Shown: positions 1 through 39,871, numbered from the stretch's first letter. The stretch is DNA of 64,000 nt from Nymphaea colorata (GCF_008831285.2 NC_045138.2:20088001-20152000), one strand, 5' to 3'. Notes: generated by a model from the letters alone, not told the origin. Numbers and translations are program-made.

Positions 1-157
1 TTTTAATTAATGCTCCTCAGCCAAAACTTCTGGTTGTGCAACTGATTTGACATGACAGGCTAGATTCAACGAGTTATAATATTTAAGCTACTTGATATAC
101 AAGTAACAGAAAAAAACCAGTCAGAACATGCAACTGATAAGGAGTTTAAGGGCCAAC

Positions 158-26413
<26,256 letters not shown>

Positions 26414-26460
26414 GGAGCCTGTGTGATCCAAATTCAGGAGGAACTCGACGAGTGGACTGC

Positions 26461-26489
26461 CCTCTCTCTCTCTCTCCCTCTCTCTCTCC
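26461..26489 (-). promoter_or_regulatory. (GA)n tract in the UBP12 5' leader
   Basis: A CT-repeat on + (GA on the sense strand) about 50-75 nt upstream of the ATG, typical of plant 5' UTRs and GAGA elements. Confidence 0.5.
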
Positions 26490-27320
26490 CGCTGGGCGCA
26501 GACCACCGGGGAGGGAGGACCCCGGAAACTTGATTAAGGGGAAAAGAGGAGAAGCGAGGAGGGTTTAATTTTGGGTAAATTTCAGGGGGCGACTAAGAAA
26601 TTATATAGTGAAACCCTCAGAGGAGTCCTGATTCCTTCCTTATTTGCACTTCTGCTTGGTCTTGTATTCCAGGTGTGCCCTTGTTTTAAGCTAATCTCCT
26701 CACACTTTCTACATAGTTAAAGTAAAACCCTTGCTTTGCTTTGGAGGAGGGAAGGAACTTTCCATGTTATGCCGTGGCATGTTCCCACCTATTATGGGAT
26801 GGGTAATTTGGTAATTTATATGGTATTTTTTTTTTCCACTTTCACTCTTGCTCTTCATGGTATGCACATTTCTGTTCTAGACATCTTACAAATGCTAATC
26901 TTATGTAATAGAAAAATATTGATTCAAAGTTAATTATGCCCGATGAAAGAATGAGTGTTTTTGCATAAAGTGGTTGAGTTATACTAATCTTTTTTGCCCA
27001 TTAATGAAAAAATATATTGGAAGGCTAAATGAAGTTCACTCTTAATGTAGAATGCTATTGACTGCAAATATTTGTCCTCACACCTCAAAGACATATATTT
27101 GCCACAACAAATGCACATAATGTTTTATTGTATTTTCATTGTTCTAATTGAATGTCCAACCTATAACTATCTAATGGAATGACCATTAAACTTTATAGTT
27201 ACAAGGGTATAGCATAATTGATTAGGCGTCAATTCAGTTTCAATTCCCATGAGTGCTGCTTTTGTGTATTGTAAATGGTGGCAAACGCCAGCTCAGATGA
27301 CTAAACTAAATCTCCATGCA

Positions 27321-27497
27321 GAGGGACGAAACTCAAAATTTTTTATGAACGGGTCAAATTAAAGTTTTTTAAATTTTGACACACGCTAAAATATCATTTT
27401 TCAAAATTTTTATATAAACAAATAATTTTTTTCAAAATTTACATATAAATTTTAAAAAATATTGAGGTGGGGCCAGGGCCCCCTGGCTCCGCCCCTG
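27321..27497. mobile_element. hAT-like MITE, CAGGGGCGGAGCC-terminus family
   Basis: Right end CTGGCTCCGCCCCTG, degenerate left end GAGGGACGAAACTC. Flanks TCCATGCA / CTCATGCA form an imperfect 8-bp TSD. AT-rich core. Confidence 0.65.
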
Positions 27498-29104
27498 CTC
27501 ATGCAACCCTAGACCTTGAAGCTAGGGGGAAGGGTGGACGGGCATCAGTCTCGCGTCAGTACTGTAGGTTCGCCTTTTGCTCATCCTGAACTATCCAACT
27601 TTAAAATTGTGATTTGCAATGTTTGTTTAGCAACCATTCAAATTTGGGTATGTAAAGTTTGATGTTCATTGAGGTTTTTTCATGACTTAGAATTAATAGC
27701 CGAAAGAATATCCAATTTTTTTTTTTAGCAAGAAATTTATGTTTTGAGCACTGAAAATAAAATAAACTGTTAATATATTATCAACACCATTAGCTAAATT
27801 TGGTTAAAAATAACTTGAGTTGTTAATCCCAAATTAATTGCATGTTTAGAGACTTGTAGCATTACCTGTAATTGAATCTGTAAAGCATTGCTTATAGCAA
27901 TTGAGCTAATTTTGGTTTATTAAGAAAATCTTATTTGAACTATATTTTGTGCCACTGTGCAAAATTACTTTATTTTCGATGCTGTATGTTTTTATGAAGT
28001 TTTACATAAAACAACCTTTACGTTTTGAAATGACTTTATTCATAGTTTGTAATAATGTGATTTATTAATGTCATAAACTAGTTCAAAATATTCACCGAGC
28101 ACTTGTTAACTAAACTGCTCAAATATTATTCAAAGTAAAGATTATAAATCTAACGTAATACTTAGAATTCCAGTTGCAAAACTTCTTTAAATTCCAGTTT
28201 TAATGACTAAAAAAAAGTTTGATCGTTTCTGACTATGGCATAGAAGCAAAAATGGTGGAATTTTAGTTGGACCATTCAGAATCGAAAAGAAAATCGAAAA
28301 TTTCGTGCACGGCATGAGTTAAACCCAAGATCTTATATGGAACAGAGTCGTCTTTTTTCTCAAACAAGTTACCGAAGCAATTGAACTTGCCTAACCGATG
28401 AACTCATGTTAGTGTATAATAAAAAACTAATAATATGTTTTAAAATCATTATAACATATTATGAAAATAATCATGGCTCACTGAAGTACAATAAAGTGTT
28501 TATCCCAAGCACCGCTCCACAGTGAAGAAAATTTGATTAAAGCTAAATTAACGTAGAAAAGTTTATACATTAACTTATATATATATATATATATAACATA
28601 CCAAGTTGATGATTTTTTGCCGTTATGTTTGGGGACAACTTTCCTTACATGTTGCAAACGAGCGATTCAAAGGTTGATGCCTACCAAGGGGGGAAAAAAT
28701 CTCCCATATTCATACGGCCTTATTTTAAAGGATAGAAAATCTTCAGATTCCACGTACAATCTTTTATTATGTGCATGTACATAATTAAATTTGCTCAAAT
28801 CAACCTGGACATTAAAAAAATTGAGTGGGTACTTATATTTGCACATGCTTCTGTTTTACCATTATCCTTTTTTCCCCTCTATTCAAAACACTACTTTTTT
28901 GTGACGATGGGTCATGAACTTGTGAGTCAGCAAAAAGCTTTTAACAATAGGAATGCTGCTTTCTTTCGGCTGCAATTTGGGACATATTCATAAGACCGAC
29001 CTTGCCGTCTAAAGAACACAACATTCTTCTCATTAATTGTCCTTTTAGAACTTGTTATATCAATAGCAGACTTTCATGCAATGCATTGCGGGAAATAGTT
29101 CACG

Positions 29105-29107
<3 letters not shown>

Positions 29108-29137
<30 letters not shown>
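29108..29137. repeat. (AT)n microsatellite
   Basis: About 15 AT units. Other SSRs: 4289-4314, 12142-12161 (TG), 28576-28594, 35925-35949, 50786-50812 (CT), 51267-51288, 62900-62936 (TA/TG). Confidence 0.9.
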
Positions 29138-29140
<3 letters not shown>

Positions 29141-29316
29141 AAAAAGGAAATGTATATACTGGAAAAATGATAAAAATGCCTTCCAGCTCTGACAACATAC
29201 AGATTTATGATGGGAGTAAAACTTTAGAAAAAAAGGTTTTACTTTTTTTTTTTAAAGGAGGGAGTTATCCATTTTTGTTACAAAATACCAAAAGCAGGGG
29301 TATATGGAACCACGAT

Positions 29317-29650
29317 GTTAATATATCCGATTTGAATCGGGTTATAGAAAAAAATTTAATATCCGATTATGAAATCGAATCAGATTTAAATATACATAAA
29401 TATTTGATCGGATTCATTTTTAGACGAATATTTTGTATCTAATGCTATTAAAATTTGAAAATTAATAAAATTCGGTTCAATAATTGGATAGGATTCAGAT
29501 ATAGATATCAAAACCGGTTTTGGATCAGATTTGAAATGAATCGGAATTCATATTCGGATATGACTTTTTTTATTCGAATTCGAATCTGAATATGCAAATA
29601 TCCAAAAAAATGTATATGACTACAAATATATCCAATCAGAATCGAATCGA
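29317..29650. mobile_element. Degenerate MITE with ATCCGA/TCGGAT subterminal repeats
   Basis: Dense ATCCGA, ATCGGA and GAATC motifs in both orientations, starting AGGGGT. Ends not resolved. A similar element lies at 37648-38025. Confidence 0.5.
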
Positions 29651-30982
29651 ACACAACAAGAACTTTTTTTTGTTAGAAGACCAAATAGTATTATCAAAAT
29701 TTGTATCGGAGCCAAACTCGAGCGTGAGCCAAACTGTATCTGTCTTGTCTTCTTCAGAGTTTGGACGCCGAAGTACTATTGAAAACATTTGCTTTGATTT
29801 TTATAATGAGAAAAGTTTATCCCTGATATCCAATCAGTGTTTGACACAGAGGGCACTTTAACATAGGAAAAGGGCATTTCGATGACGAGCCACGGCAGGA
29901 AGAGGAAGGAAAGCAAAAGACGAAAATAACCCCAAGTATAACGCTTTTTTTCGAGAATTCTTGTTAAAGTGGAGGATATTTAGGGAATTGAAAAGAAGGC
30001 CCGTGCACCATGCCCGGGAAGCGGGCTCCTTCGTGGCCTCTTTCGCTTACTTAATTTCAACCTTGCCCACATATTTTTCTCGAATTTCTGCATGAGTCCT
30101 GAAACTGAAGAAATTCATGGACCACTGTTGGGAGAAAAATCTCTAAGATGCCCTCCACTAATTAGGGATTGAAGGGATTCCCACTGTCATGGCTGTCTGC
30201 TCCACGTCGCCGTGCTTCTGAGTCGACGCAGCTTCAAATTAATGAATAAAGTCCAACGGATATTCAGTTGGAACCTGAATTCAATCCAAACACAAGTTGG
30301 AGACGTGAAACGTCATGTGATGTGGAGCATCCAGCAATTATCTAAAAGAAACGTGTCACTTCTTATACATTAGTCTAAATTTGAAAGACAAATAAAATAT
30401 AAATTCATAAATAAAGTGCAAAAAAAAACATTGTACTTATGATATTTCATTTGAGGAGCAACCACACTAAAAAAAATTGTCTGCATTCCACCTGCGATGT
30501 TGAAATATAAGAACCTTATAATAACAAAGTTTGTCATCTTGCATATTTCACAGTCACCGTTAGATTGTCGAACCAACAGTTTGTTCATTGCTATATTTTC
30601 TTTTAAATTTTTCTTAAAAAAAGGCGTTAAAAGTTTGTAGTTTTGATGGGGTTTCAAGGATGGTGGGGTTAGATTTGATTTTTTTCTTCATTTGGGTTTG
30701 GATTCATCAATAATTCAGGGGCGCCCATGAATTGGCAAGCAAATATTACTATATTTATCTAAAAACAAATAAAAACATATAAGTGTGATTAAAAAATACT
30801 TTAGAAGCATTGAAATAATAGCAAAAAGTAAATAATACATGAATCCATGATAGATCTGCACTTATTCATTTGGAATAGACCGATTCATGGTCGTCCAGCC
30901 AACTTTTACAACTTTGGATCCATCAAATCTTTACTTGGGTTTGAAGATTGATCATGGCATCATTATATACCCAGGTTAGTTG

Positions 30983-31186
30983 TCCAAGCGATGGAGTGAT
31001 GGTAAGTTGTTTTGCTTGAGTACAGTCTTTGCTGGTCAGATGTTCGAATCCCCCGGTATGTACTGGGTGACTTCATCATCCCAACGTCATGGGGTCAGCT
31101 CACTTCATGCGCTCATGGTCCTCTTTGGAATAATTTATTTTGTATCCAAGGTTGTAATTTAAAAATGAAAAAAAAGAAAAGAAAAA
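30983..31186 (+). mobile_element. tRNA-derived SINE-like element
   Basis: Box A-like TGGAGTGATGG (30992-31002), box B GTTCGAATC (31042-31050) and an A-rich tail (31161-31186). No tRNA cloverleaf evident and no TSD found. Confidence 0.5.
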
Positions 31187-31609
31187 GGTGAAGAAGAAAA
31201 GGACATGTCATAGAATATATGTTTATTCGAGGCAGGTAATTATTTGTAAAATAAAGAATTCACTAAGTCAAACAAAACAAATACATCTACACGGTCTGAT
31301 TGGAAGGAATCTTCAGTTTTCTCAAATGAAATAGAATTTCTAAAAAAAAATATAGCGGATTTATTACCATCAAATTTCGAACCAGTGGGCAAACCGTGCC
31401 CCACGTAGGAATTAGGCAAACAAGCGTTAAATCCCATTAAAAGGGCCAAGTAAAATGAATAGTAGCCACAGTAAATATTTATTATTTACTATTTAATTCA
31501 TTTATAGCTTAATGGTAATAAAGTCAGCTTCTACTAAGTACTAACTCTAACTCAAAGGCTTTACCAACGCAGAAAAAGTGAAAATAAATGGTGCTTACAT
31601 CGGCCTTGC

Positions 31610-31826
31610 AAGGCTGGGCACCTGGCTGCCAACGGGTACTTGGCTCAGAAAAAAGGGCACATAGGGTTAGTTTGGTTGGGCTTGATATTTTTTAAATTTA
31701 AATTTATTAATTTATTTATTTAATTATATTTATATATTATTTTATATTAAACATATATTTTTAATTTAATCGAGCTCGGGTTTGAATGGTCCGATTTCAA
31801 ATGTCGGACCGGCCCGATGTCTAGGC
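31610..31826. mobile_element. Degenerate MITE with AGGCTGGGCAC terminus and GGCCCG repeats
   Basis: Starts AAGGCTGGGCAC, has an AT-rich core, and ends GGCCCGATGTCTAGGC. A related element at 35008-35231 ends GTGCCCAGCCTT. Confidence 0.45.
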
Positions 31827-32103
31827 TTATGTGCAAAGGAGAAGAACCCATACTGCAACCTTTATTCTTTAGACTATCATTAGCACAAATAAAGTGAAAA
31901 TCCCAAACATAAGCCATCAAAAGATAAATTACATGCCCCACAAAAACGTGGTTGTAGTATTTATCATGCTGAGCATGTCAGCGGTTCGAGTATAGGTCCA
32001 ACTTGTGTTTTTACCGAAAGCATATGATAGCACCAAATGGCATTTTTTTTTTTATTTCATAGTTACATACGTGTGTGTGTGTATGTATGTTTATGTGTGT
32101 GTA

Positions 32104-32329
32104 CAGGGGTGAAGGGAGGGGGGGCGCGCCTAGGCCGTGGCCCCACCCCCAGCTAAGTGAAAAAAAAAATTATATTAACAAAATTGAAAATTGTTAATTG
32201 CATAATACATTTTTTGTATTCGAGTTTAGTTTGGTCCTATTCGAATAAGTTCGTTGAAACTTTGCCTACCCGGATAAGTTTGTTGGACAGTTTGGCCCGC
32301 CCCTAAAAAAAACCCTCGCTCCATTCCTG
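32104..32329. mobile_element. hAT-like MITE, CAGGGG-terminus family
   Basis: Left end CAGGGGTGAAG, right end CTCCATTCCTG. Flanks TGTGTGTA / TGTGTATA (7/8 TSD). Confidence 0.7.
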
Positions 32330-32584
32330 TGTGTATATAAAAGAATGACCCGTCTTTTGGTGTGATATCTAATTTAATCGGAATAACACTGATTTGTTAT
32401 GTATTTAGTTGGTCCAAATCTAAACACATTTCAATCCTTCACCAAGAATTGTTGTGGAATTCGACTTTAAGACAAGAGAACATAATTGTATGCTTTATGA
32501 TCTTCTCAACTTGGTGTTTGTCATTAATCACATATGACAATAAATGTTGTTCATTGGCAGTTATTGAGAAGTACAGTTAAATGT

Positions 32585-33887
32585 AGACACACGAGCTGAG
32601 TCGAGCTCGAGCTTGCCCAGCTCGAGCTCGACTCGATTATACAAAGTCGAGCTTGAGCTCGACTCGCTTAACTCGATTATGAAGTGGTGCTCCAAGGATG
32701 GGCTCCAATCAGTAGTTTGATCAAAGAGTTCCTGTTGCAAATTGTTGATCCATTCCCTAATTAGTGCCTGTAACGAAGAATTGAGGAGATTCAAAGGGAA
32801 GATAGAGCAATCCCGAATGAAGGTCATCATTCTGCTTGGTTCTTTGCTCTACGGCCAACATATCCATGATCAGTCGCAAATCTGTAGAAATCGAAATATC
32901 ATTTTGGCAATCGGACACTTGGGTCATCTTTCCAACATCTTGACGAACATCCGGACCAAGTTTGAGCCCAATCCATGCAGTATCGAGGGAGACATGCTCT
33001 CTGACAAAAATCAGGCGAAATTTGGCTGCGTTGAAGAATAGATGCCACTGATCAGGCGAATTTTGGATTTTTTGCAGCAGACGTGATTCTGATCCAATCT
33101 AGTGCTCAAATCTGACCCTTCTAGTTGCTAATTAGATTTCTAATCCTTTGATTTGCATTATTGTGATCGATTTGGGGGAAATCCCCAATTTCTGTTGGAG
33201 GAATCTCAACCCACGTCGGAAAGTTCTCCGTTCATGCATGTGAAGACCTGCGACATACTGAGTCACAAATTCGAGCCGCGTTTCTTGTGGGGGGCTTGGA
33301 TTGATGTGAAATTTGAGGCGTCTACTCCTTGGAGTGTCCTCTGCCTACATACCAATTTTCAGAGCAAACAGAAACCTGAGTGATTTTCTATGATTTTTGG
33401 AGTGTCAACCTCTCTTGAAAACCCCAATAGGCACTTTCTGTTCATCACCGGAGTTGGAACTAGTTCTGTGTCTGCGACAGTCAGAAATCTTCAAGCTCGT
33501 CGTGATTTTTGTAGAGAGTTCGGTTGAAGCCCATCCTTGGAGCTCGAGCTCGAGCAAGAGAGCAACGAGAGAAAGAGGAAAGGCGACAAATGAGTCTGAG
33601 GCAGCAACGACAAGAGAAGGCAGCAGCAGCGCAATAGGAAAGGTGGGGGAAGAGTGAAGACAGAATGCAAACAACAAAAAGTTTTACCATAAACAGGTGA
33701 ACAGGTTTCGCGAACGGGTTTATCTAATATAACGAGTCGAGTTCGAACTCGAGTCGTTTATTGATTTGAGTTTAACTTTCGAACTCGACTCGTTTATAAA
33801 TGAGTCAAGCCGAGCTTTTTCGAGCGAGTTCGAGTCGAGCCCAAGTTGACTCGACTCGTTGTTGACTCGACTACTTGTGCAGCCCTA
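32585..33887. mobile_element. Non-autonomous hAT-like element (~1.3 kb) with TCGAG/CTCGA subterminal arrays
   Basis: GAGTCGAGCTCGAG-type clusters at both ends (32590-32680 and 33730-33870). Right terminus GTGCAGCCCTA; left terminus eroded. Internal ORFs have no transposase motifs. Confidence 0.65.
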
Positions 33888-35007
33888 CCAATGGGCAGAC
33901 AAGAGAAATTTATATGTTATGCCGCTAATATGGGAAAACATGTTGCCACATTTTATCCAAGGGTCATTTTAGTAATTTAGATTTTTTCACTTTCACGTCT
34001 GCCTTTAGAAGGTCATATGTCTGACTTACTTTTTGCCTTTGCTTTAAAAAAAAAAGGAAAAAAAACACCTTTTTTTTATTGTCAATAAGAGCTGCACTTT
34101 CATAAGAATTGCCAAACAAAAGCCTAGACTCATTACATTATTTATAAAATAACCCATGGCAATTTCAACTCAGCCACCACATCAAACTGGTTTACCATTT
34201 GTTCAATTCCAAGTTGTTTTTTTTTTTCCTCAATAGAAATGATGTTTGACAAGTGCCTTTAGGGTTTAAGGCTGCATTGTGGCGTGGGTATGAGTATAAT
34301 ATACCTTTCATGTCGTGCTCCCGCCCTATAATGGGAGGATTAATACTACCCCACAGGGGGTTTAACTAAGCTCATGGTATTTTGCCTTGTGATTCCTCGT
34401 ATTTTCTAAGTTCTTTGAATTCCAAGCTTCAATATCTCTTGTATCTAGAAAGCGGAGCTGGTTGTATGTTATGCCTTCCAAAGTTTTCATGGGCGACAAA
34501 CAGACTCAAGGGCGGAACTATGAATTTTTCATGGCAAGAACCAAATTATAGTTTCAAAATCTGAACAAGAACCGAAATTGAATAATAAAACATTATTGTC
34601 ATTTCACCATGATCCGCCGCCCGATGCAGCTATTACTCACGATGTATGATATGTGCAATTGCAATAAGAAAGCCACATTTGGAAGAGTTTCAAAATGATG
34701 TTCAAATGAAGTAGTCAGAACAATGTAATAAGGAGCATATTTAGGTGCATTGTCCTGCATTGTTTAGCCCGTTGCAGTGGAGCCAGAAATTTTAGGTAGT
34801 GTTACACTAAACTTTAAATTTTAAGACTGGTTATATGTAAAAATGAAAATTAATGAAGTTTATGTGTAAAAATAAAACAAATTTCGTTGGTTGATGCATC
34901 GACCGCTTCACATGTTTGTCTTTCTCGCCATTTGGAGACCTCTAATTAAATTACTATTAGGCATTAAAACTCTTGATTTATTTAATTTGAAGGTCAAAAA
35001 ATTAAGC

Positions 35008-35280
35008 CAGGGCATCAGACCGGCCCCGACATCCACAACCCGGGCTTGAGCCCGACCCTACTCGGACAACTTGAGCTCGGCCTAATTAAATTTAAAAATC
35101 ACAATTAATCATAATAAAATATTAGAAATAGATATATAAATTAATAAAAAAATTTAAAAACTCATTATTGAGATCACCCTGGCTTATCGATCTGGCCTGG
35201 GTTCATTTTTTCCGGGCCCGTGCCCAGCCTTGAGTCGGGCCAAGTACTGGATACCCGGCAGTGACCCAACTCGGTGCCCA
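35008..35280. mobile_element. Degenerate MITE with GGCCCG/CCCGA repeats
   Basis: GC-rich arms (CCGGCCCCGAC..., ...GGGCCCGTGCCCAGCCTT) around an AT-rich core. Confidence 0.5.
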
Positions 35281-37647
35281 AACTTACTAAAAATCCAACC
35301 CACACTATCCTTTTGCTATACACAATTTTTGGGAATCTAACGGTCATTCGTAAATGAAAGCATGCGTGAATTTACCACTTTCATTGGCAAAATGTTGGAC
35401 TCATTGTGTTCAGTTTTTGTTTTCTTTTTACAATTTTCTCTCTGTTTATCAGCTATTTTCTGACCATCAATTATGTGAAAAGTGGGCGATAGGGTTAATC
35501 GGTGAGATAAACCCAAGTTGACTACACAATTAAAATCTGTCGCTAAAAGCACTATTAACTAGTATTAAAAGTTATATGTCACTATACAGTAAAAACCGCC
35601 AATAATGCCTTGGTGATTGAAGACTTTTTAGTGACAGATTTTAATGGTTTAACCATCAATTATATATACATATATAAAAATTTAATGGTAACTCCGTTTA
35701 ATTTGTACCGCTCGATTCAACATGATTGATGGTTAAAAAGAAAATATTTATACTTTTTTTTTCTTGTTTTTCTTTCAACCATTTATTTTTGTATGCAGTG
35801 GTTGAACTCGAGGTACTATTTCAAGACGGGCGGGCACAACCAAGAATTTCAAGATAGTAGTTGAAAAGTAGTCCATTTATAGTTAACCAGAGCCATTATT
35901 TATTCACTCAAATGTATATATAATTATATATATATATATATATATATATTAATGTGTGCTTATACTTGATTTTAACAAAGAGATTGATCTGTAAGCAAAA
36001 CCCAGATTATGTAAGGCAACATTTTGCTGCTTTTAGCGAAACAGATTGTCTGCTTATTCCACATTTCCACAAGTCAAGTCAGATCTTTATCTCGAGAGCG
36101 AAGAAAGGGTCGGTAGATTTCGAATGGCACCGTCGACGAGGTGTTGGTGGCTTCCACGTTCGAGCATGGATTTTGAGAAGCACATGGTTTACTTGCTTTG
36201 ATTATTTGAAATTATACGCAGCGTTTGAGTCAGTAAACCCTTTGTATAAAGCTGCCAGTTTCCCAGTTTTATGTGACAGTGCAGAGTAAGAAGGTATAAG
36301 GAAGCCTCTATTATTGTTTACCGTTACTTTGTTGTATTCATGGATGACATTGTCAGAGAAATATTTTGAAGAGGCCCAAGTTCTTCTCCACTTTTCTTTG
36401 CCACCGGTGCTTCTCTCAAGTTATGAAAGAGAAATACATTTTGATTTTCAGTGTGTTGTTAACTTGGATCATATAGAAATTCTGTAAAATATTGTTTGAT
36501 CTTATACAAATTTTGGAAACTCCTCTAAGAAAAAAATTTATGTTCTTGCCTTGGATTTGGGACTTGAGTAGAGAGAGGTGCAACTGTCAATTAGAAAGTC
36601 GCTCATCTATTATTTATAATTTATAAGAGTAATGCCCTCAAGAATCAAACTGATGATCGGGCTCTTGCAGCTTGATCAGCTGCACTATGCTCTTTAGAGC
36701 TAGAGAAGAAACAAACAAATTGCATGCATCTATCCACGGTGACCTTGTATACCCAGCTGTATGTTTTGACATAACAATGTCAACGATCTGAAGTTTTTTC
36801 AAGGAGATCAGTGCACGCGAGACACTTGCTTTAGATCTTAGATCCATGATAGATTTTAGAACTTTGGATTGGAGATCCGAGAAGTTAAAATCTTAGTTAA
36901 AAAATCCCCTCTTTGATGCATTATCTCGGACTTTTATTTCATTCCCTCTCTACCTTCATGCGAAAATATGAAATCCACTTGAACTAAGACCTCCTCCTCC
37001 CCTTTGGATTTGAGATTGATGGATTTCTGCATTCTCACGAATTCAACTCTGTGCTTCTTGGATCTACAGTTTGATAAACATCAGATTTACTCAACAAATC
37101 CGACCTCAGATACGAGATCTAAAACCATCAAACACAACTTAAAGTTTAAAAAGAGAAAATAATGATCATATAGTTTCCAGCAGACGGTCATGTTTTCACA
37201 ACGCCGTGTTGAATTTGTCAAATTGCAAACTACCCAAACTTTGAAAATTAACAAAATTAGAACAAAGAGGCCTCGATTTGGGTCTCTACCATGGGAACCC
37301 GTGTTCCGCCGTTTTACTATAAAAGCATTTTATTCTTCTTGTAAGAAACCACTTTTTTGAATTCTACCGATTGAGAAGCGTCATATCACAATATAGTCTT
37401 GTTTTTTTTTTTAAATATATGTTGATATTTTCATAATACTTAAATTTTATGGTGCTTAATCTGAAAAAAGAAAAGACTAAAATTACCAAAACCTACTTTG
37501 ACGGCCATTTTCTGAATATAAAGGGATAAACTCAACGATTATTGATTATTCACACCAACTTGGGCAAGTCGGCAATATTGCTTATTAAATTTATGGAAAA
37601 ATTTCGATTTAATACATTTCAAACCGTCTCAAACTACATGAATTTGG

Positions 37648-38025
37648 TAGGGGTGTCAAATTTAGGTAAAGGTATATAAATATATATTCAAATTCAAATT
37701 CGGATTTGAATGTAAACAAAGAAAAATTTGTACCATGTTGGAATCTGTTTTGAATCTGTTTAAACTCACAACTGAATTAGAATCTGACTTTCAAATGCAC
37801 AATCGAATCCTAACCACAATATTATATATTCAAAAAACCAAATTTCAAACTATTGGATTCCTGACATTGTATATTTATTAAAATTATTTGTACATCTCAT
37901 GTTTTAAACCCGAACCCGATCCATTAATTTGTTAATGAAAAGGTAAGCCATTTCCATATCCTACTTTTTCGAAGCAATTCAGTTAGATGATATCTAATCT
38001 AATTCCGGATCAATTGATGTCCCTG
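37648..38025. mobile_element. Degenerate MITE (TAGGGGTGTCAA ... TTGATGTCCCTG)
   Basis: Imperfect TIRs and GAATC/TCGGAT subterminal motifs. No clear TSD. Confidence 0.5.
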
Positions 38026-38574
38026 GCTATTGTAGCTACATGAAATTCATATATCAACTTTATAATCATTACTGTCCATGCAAGGAATACTTTATTTTTT
38101 TTAGGAATGAGTCAGGAAAAAAAAATATGACGAAAATTTTCATCATGAATACTTTACAAGAAGGGCAGAGCCAAAAAAAAATTGGTTAAGGGGCACTATG
38201 TAATATGTATAACATTTAAAATTTTTAAGGGACACCAATATGTAAATTAAAAAAACAAAACTCTGAAGTATGAATATGAAAATTTTTTTGAGGGCAGTGC
38301 TCGCACATGATGCTCAACTCCTTTTAGCAAGATCCCAAGGAAACTCATCACCATCGCCAAACTCTTGGGGTCCCATTCAGGAACAGATGAGGTACGAAGT
38401 GCATAAGCCTTGCAATAAAAAATCATTCAGATGAGATTTGAACTCACGATGTCCTTCCATCATAGCGACGTTCACAATTCACGCCCATTGAAAAAAACAC
38501 CAATCTCTTCGGACCATCAAGGGAAGCTTAGCCATTGAGGAATGTTGGCTCTAAAAGAAGACCAACCTCGGGGT

Positions 38575-38635
38575 TAAGAGTGGAGTCAGGAATTTTTGGT
38601 TGTAGGAACCTAACTACAGTTTCAAAATTTTATTA

Positions 38636-38701
<66 letters not shown>

Positions 38702-38830
38702 TTTTATATAAGTTAAACTAATTTTTTTAAAATTTACATATAAATTTTTGAATTTTTTAACATTTGAGGGGGTCGAGGGCAAGGTCCCTGCTTGCCCTCC
38801 CTTGGCAGGGGCAAGGGCTAGGGCAGGTAT
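38575..38830. mobile_element. MITE of the 27321-27497 family containing a ~30-unit (TA)n at 38638-38697
   Basis: Shares the AAAATTTACATATAAATTTT core and GC-rich GGGC arm with 27321-27497. Long (TA)n inside. Confidence 0.55.
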
Positions 38831-39871
38831 GGACAATTGCTTACTTAGGTTCACAAAAATTATTTCCTTCTATATTGCTATGTGGGGCATATTTTTATTT
38901 ACATATTAATGCCCTTTAAAAATTTTAATCTTATTATTAGTATCCTTTAATAAAAATTTCAGGCTTAATTCGTCCGTTCTCTCTGGATATAATATCACAC
39001 AAGAACACCTGTAGAATGTACTTGGCTGGACCAGCCTATGTGATTTAGATGCATGTGGGAGCAGAGTGGCTAACATGGGACGACATATTCCCACGTTTTA
39101 CCAGAAATACATTTTGCTAATTTTTTAGGATTTTTTTTTTTGAGTTTCATTTTTGCTCTTATGGGAGGAGAGTCTTCTATTTGACCTGTAGTGACATTTT
39201 GGTCACTACAAGCCTACAATTCATGGTCCCCATAATATATAACCTGCTCAGTTGAAAGCAGTAGTGGAACTAGAAATATGTAAATATACAAATAAACAAT
39301 TTATGTGGTACCAATATGTGCAATTGCCTACACCAGCTCACATGTGCTTCTGCTGCTACTGTAAGGTAGCGTAGCGGATTCCTGTTGAACTTCAAAATCT
39401 CTTTTTTCTTGTCTAAAATGTCATGCTTTCGGATGCAAAAGATATCTCTTGGAATGTAAAGTTTCAGCACCTCCATGAATAGTATCGATATTCCAGTTAT
39501 AAGTTTTGGTGCTTCTGTGGCACTTGAAGGTACTTACAGACTACAGATAAACTTGCAGATGGAGAGCCCGCAATGAAATGTTGTGGATACTTAAATTAGT
39601 TATCAAGATACAGTACATGCTTCTAAGTAGAATGGTTTTAGTTGGTATACGGTGCATTCCTATCTAACGAGGCATAGACATTGCAGTGGCCATTAATTCT
39701 CAGGACGTGTGGCTATAAGCTTGGAGGGCGTTAGAGCTATCCCAAGAAGAGTAATGGGGCTAATCCAAGACGGTAGAGGAGGCACAAACACCGTTGGAAC
39801 ATTTGGAACTGGGTGTCTGCGCTTTTTGAGTTACTCATTGTATGATCACAGGATGCTCGAGAACAAGGCAC

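Noticed and set aside
30020..30185. miR159/319-like precursor: GGATTGAAGGGA at ~30167 with GGGCTCCTTC ~145 nt upstream
   Set aside because: Several mismatches to mature miR159, poor pairing between the arms, and none of the conserved inner stem of MIR159/319 precursors.
32561..33690. Cluster of 70-100 aa ORFs as a possible gene
   Set aside because: They lie inside a repeat-bounded non-autonomous element, overlap on both strands and show no protein motifs or exon structure.
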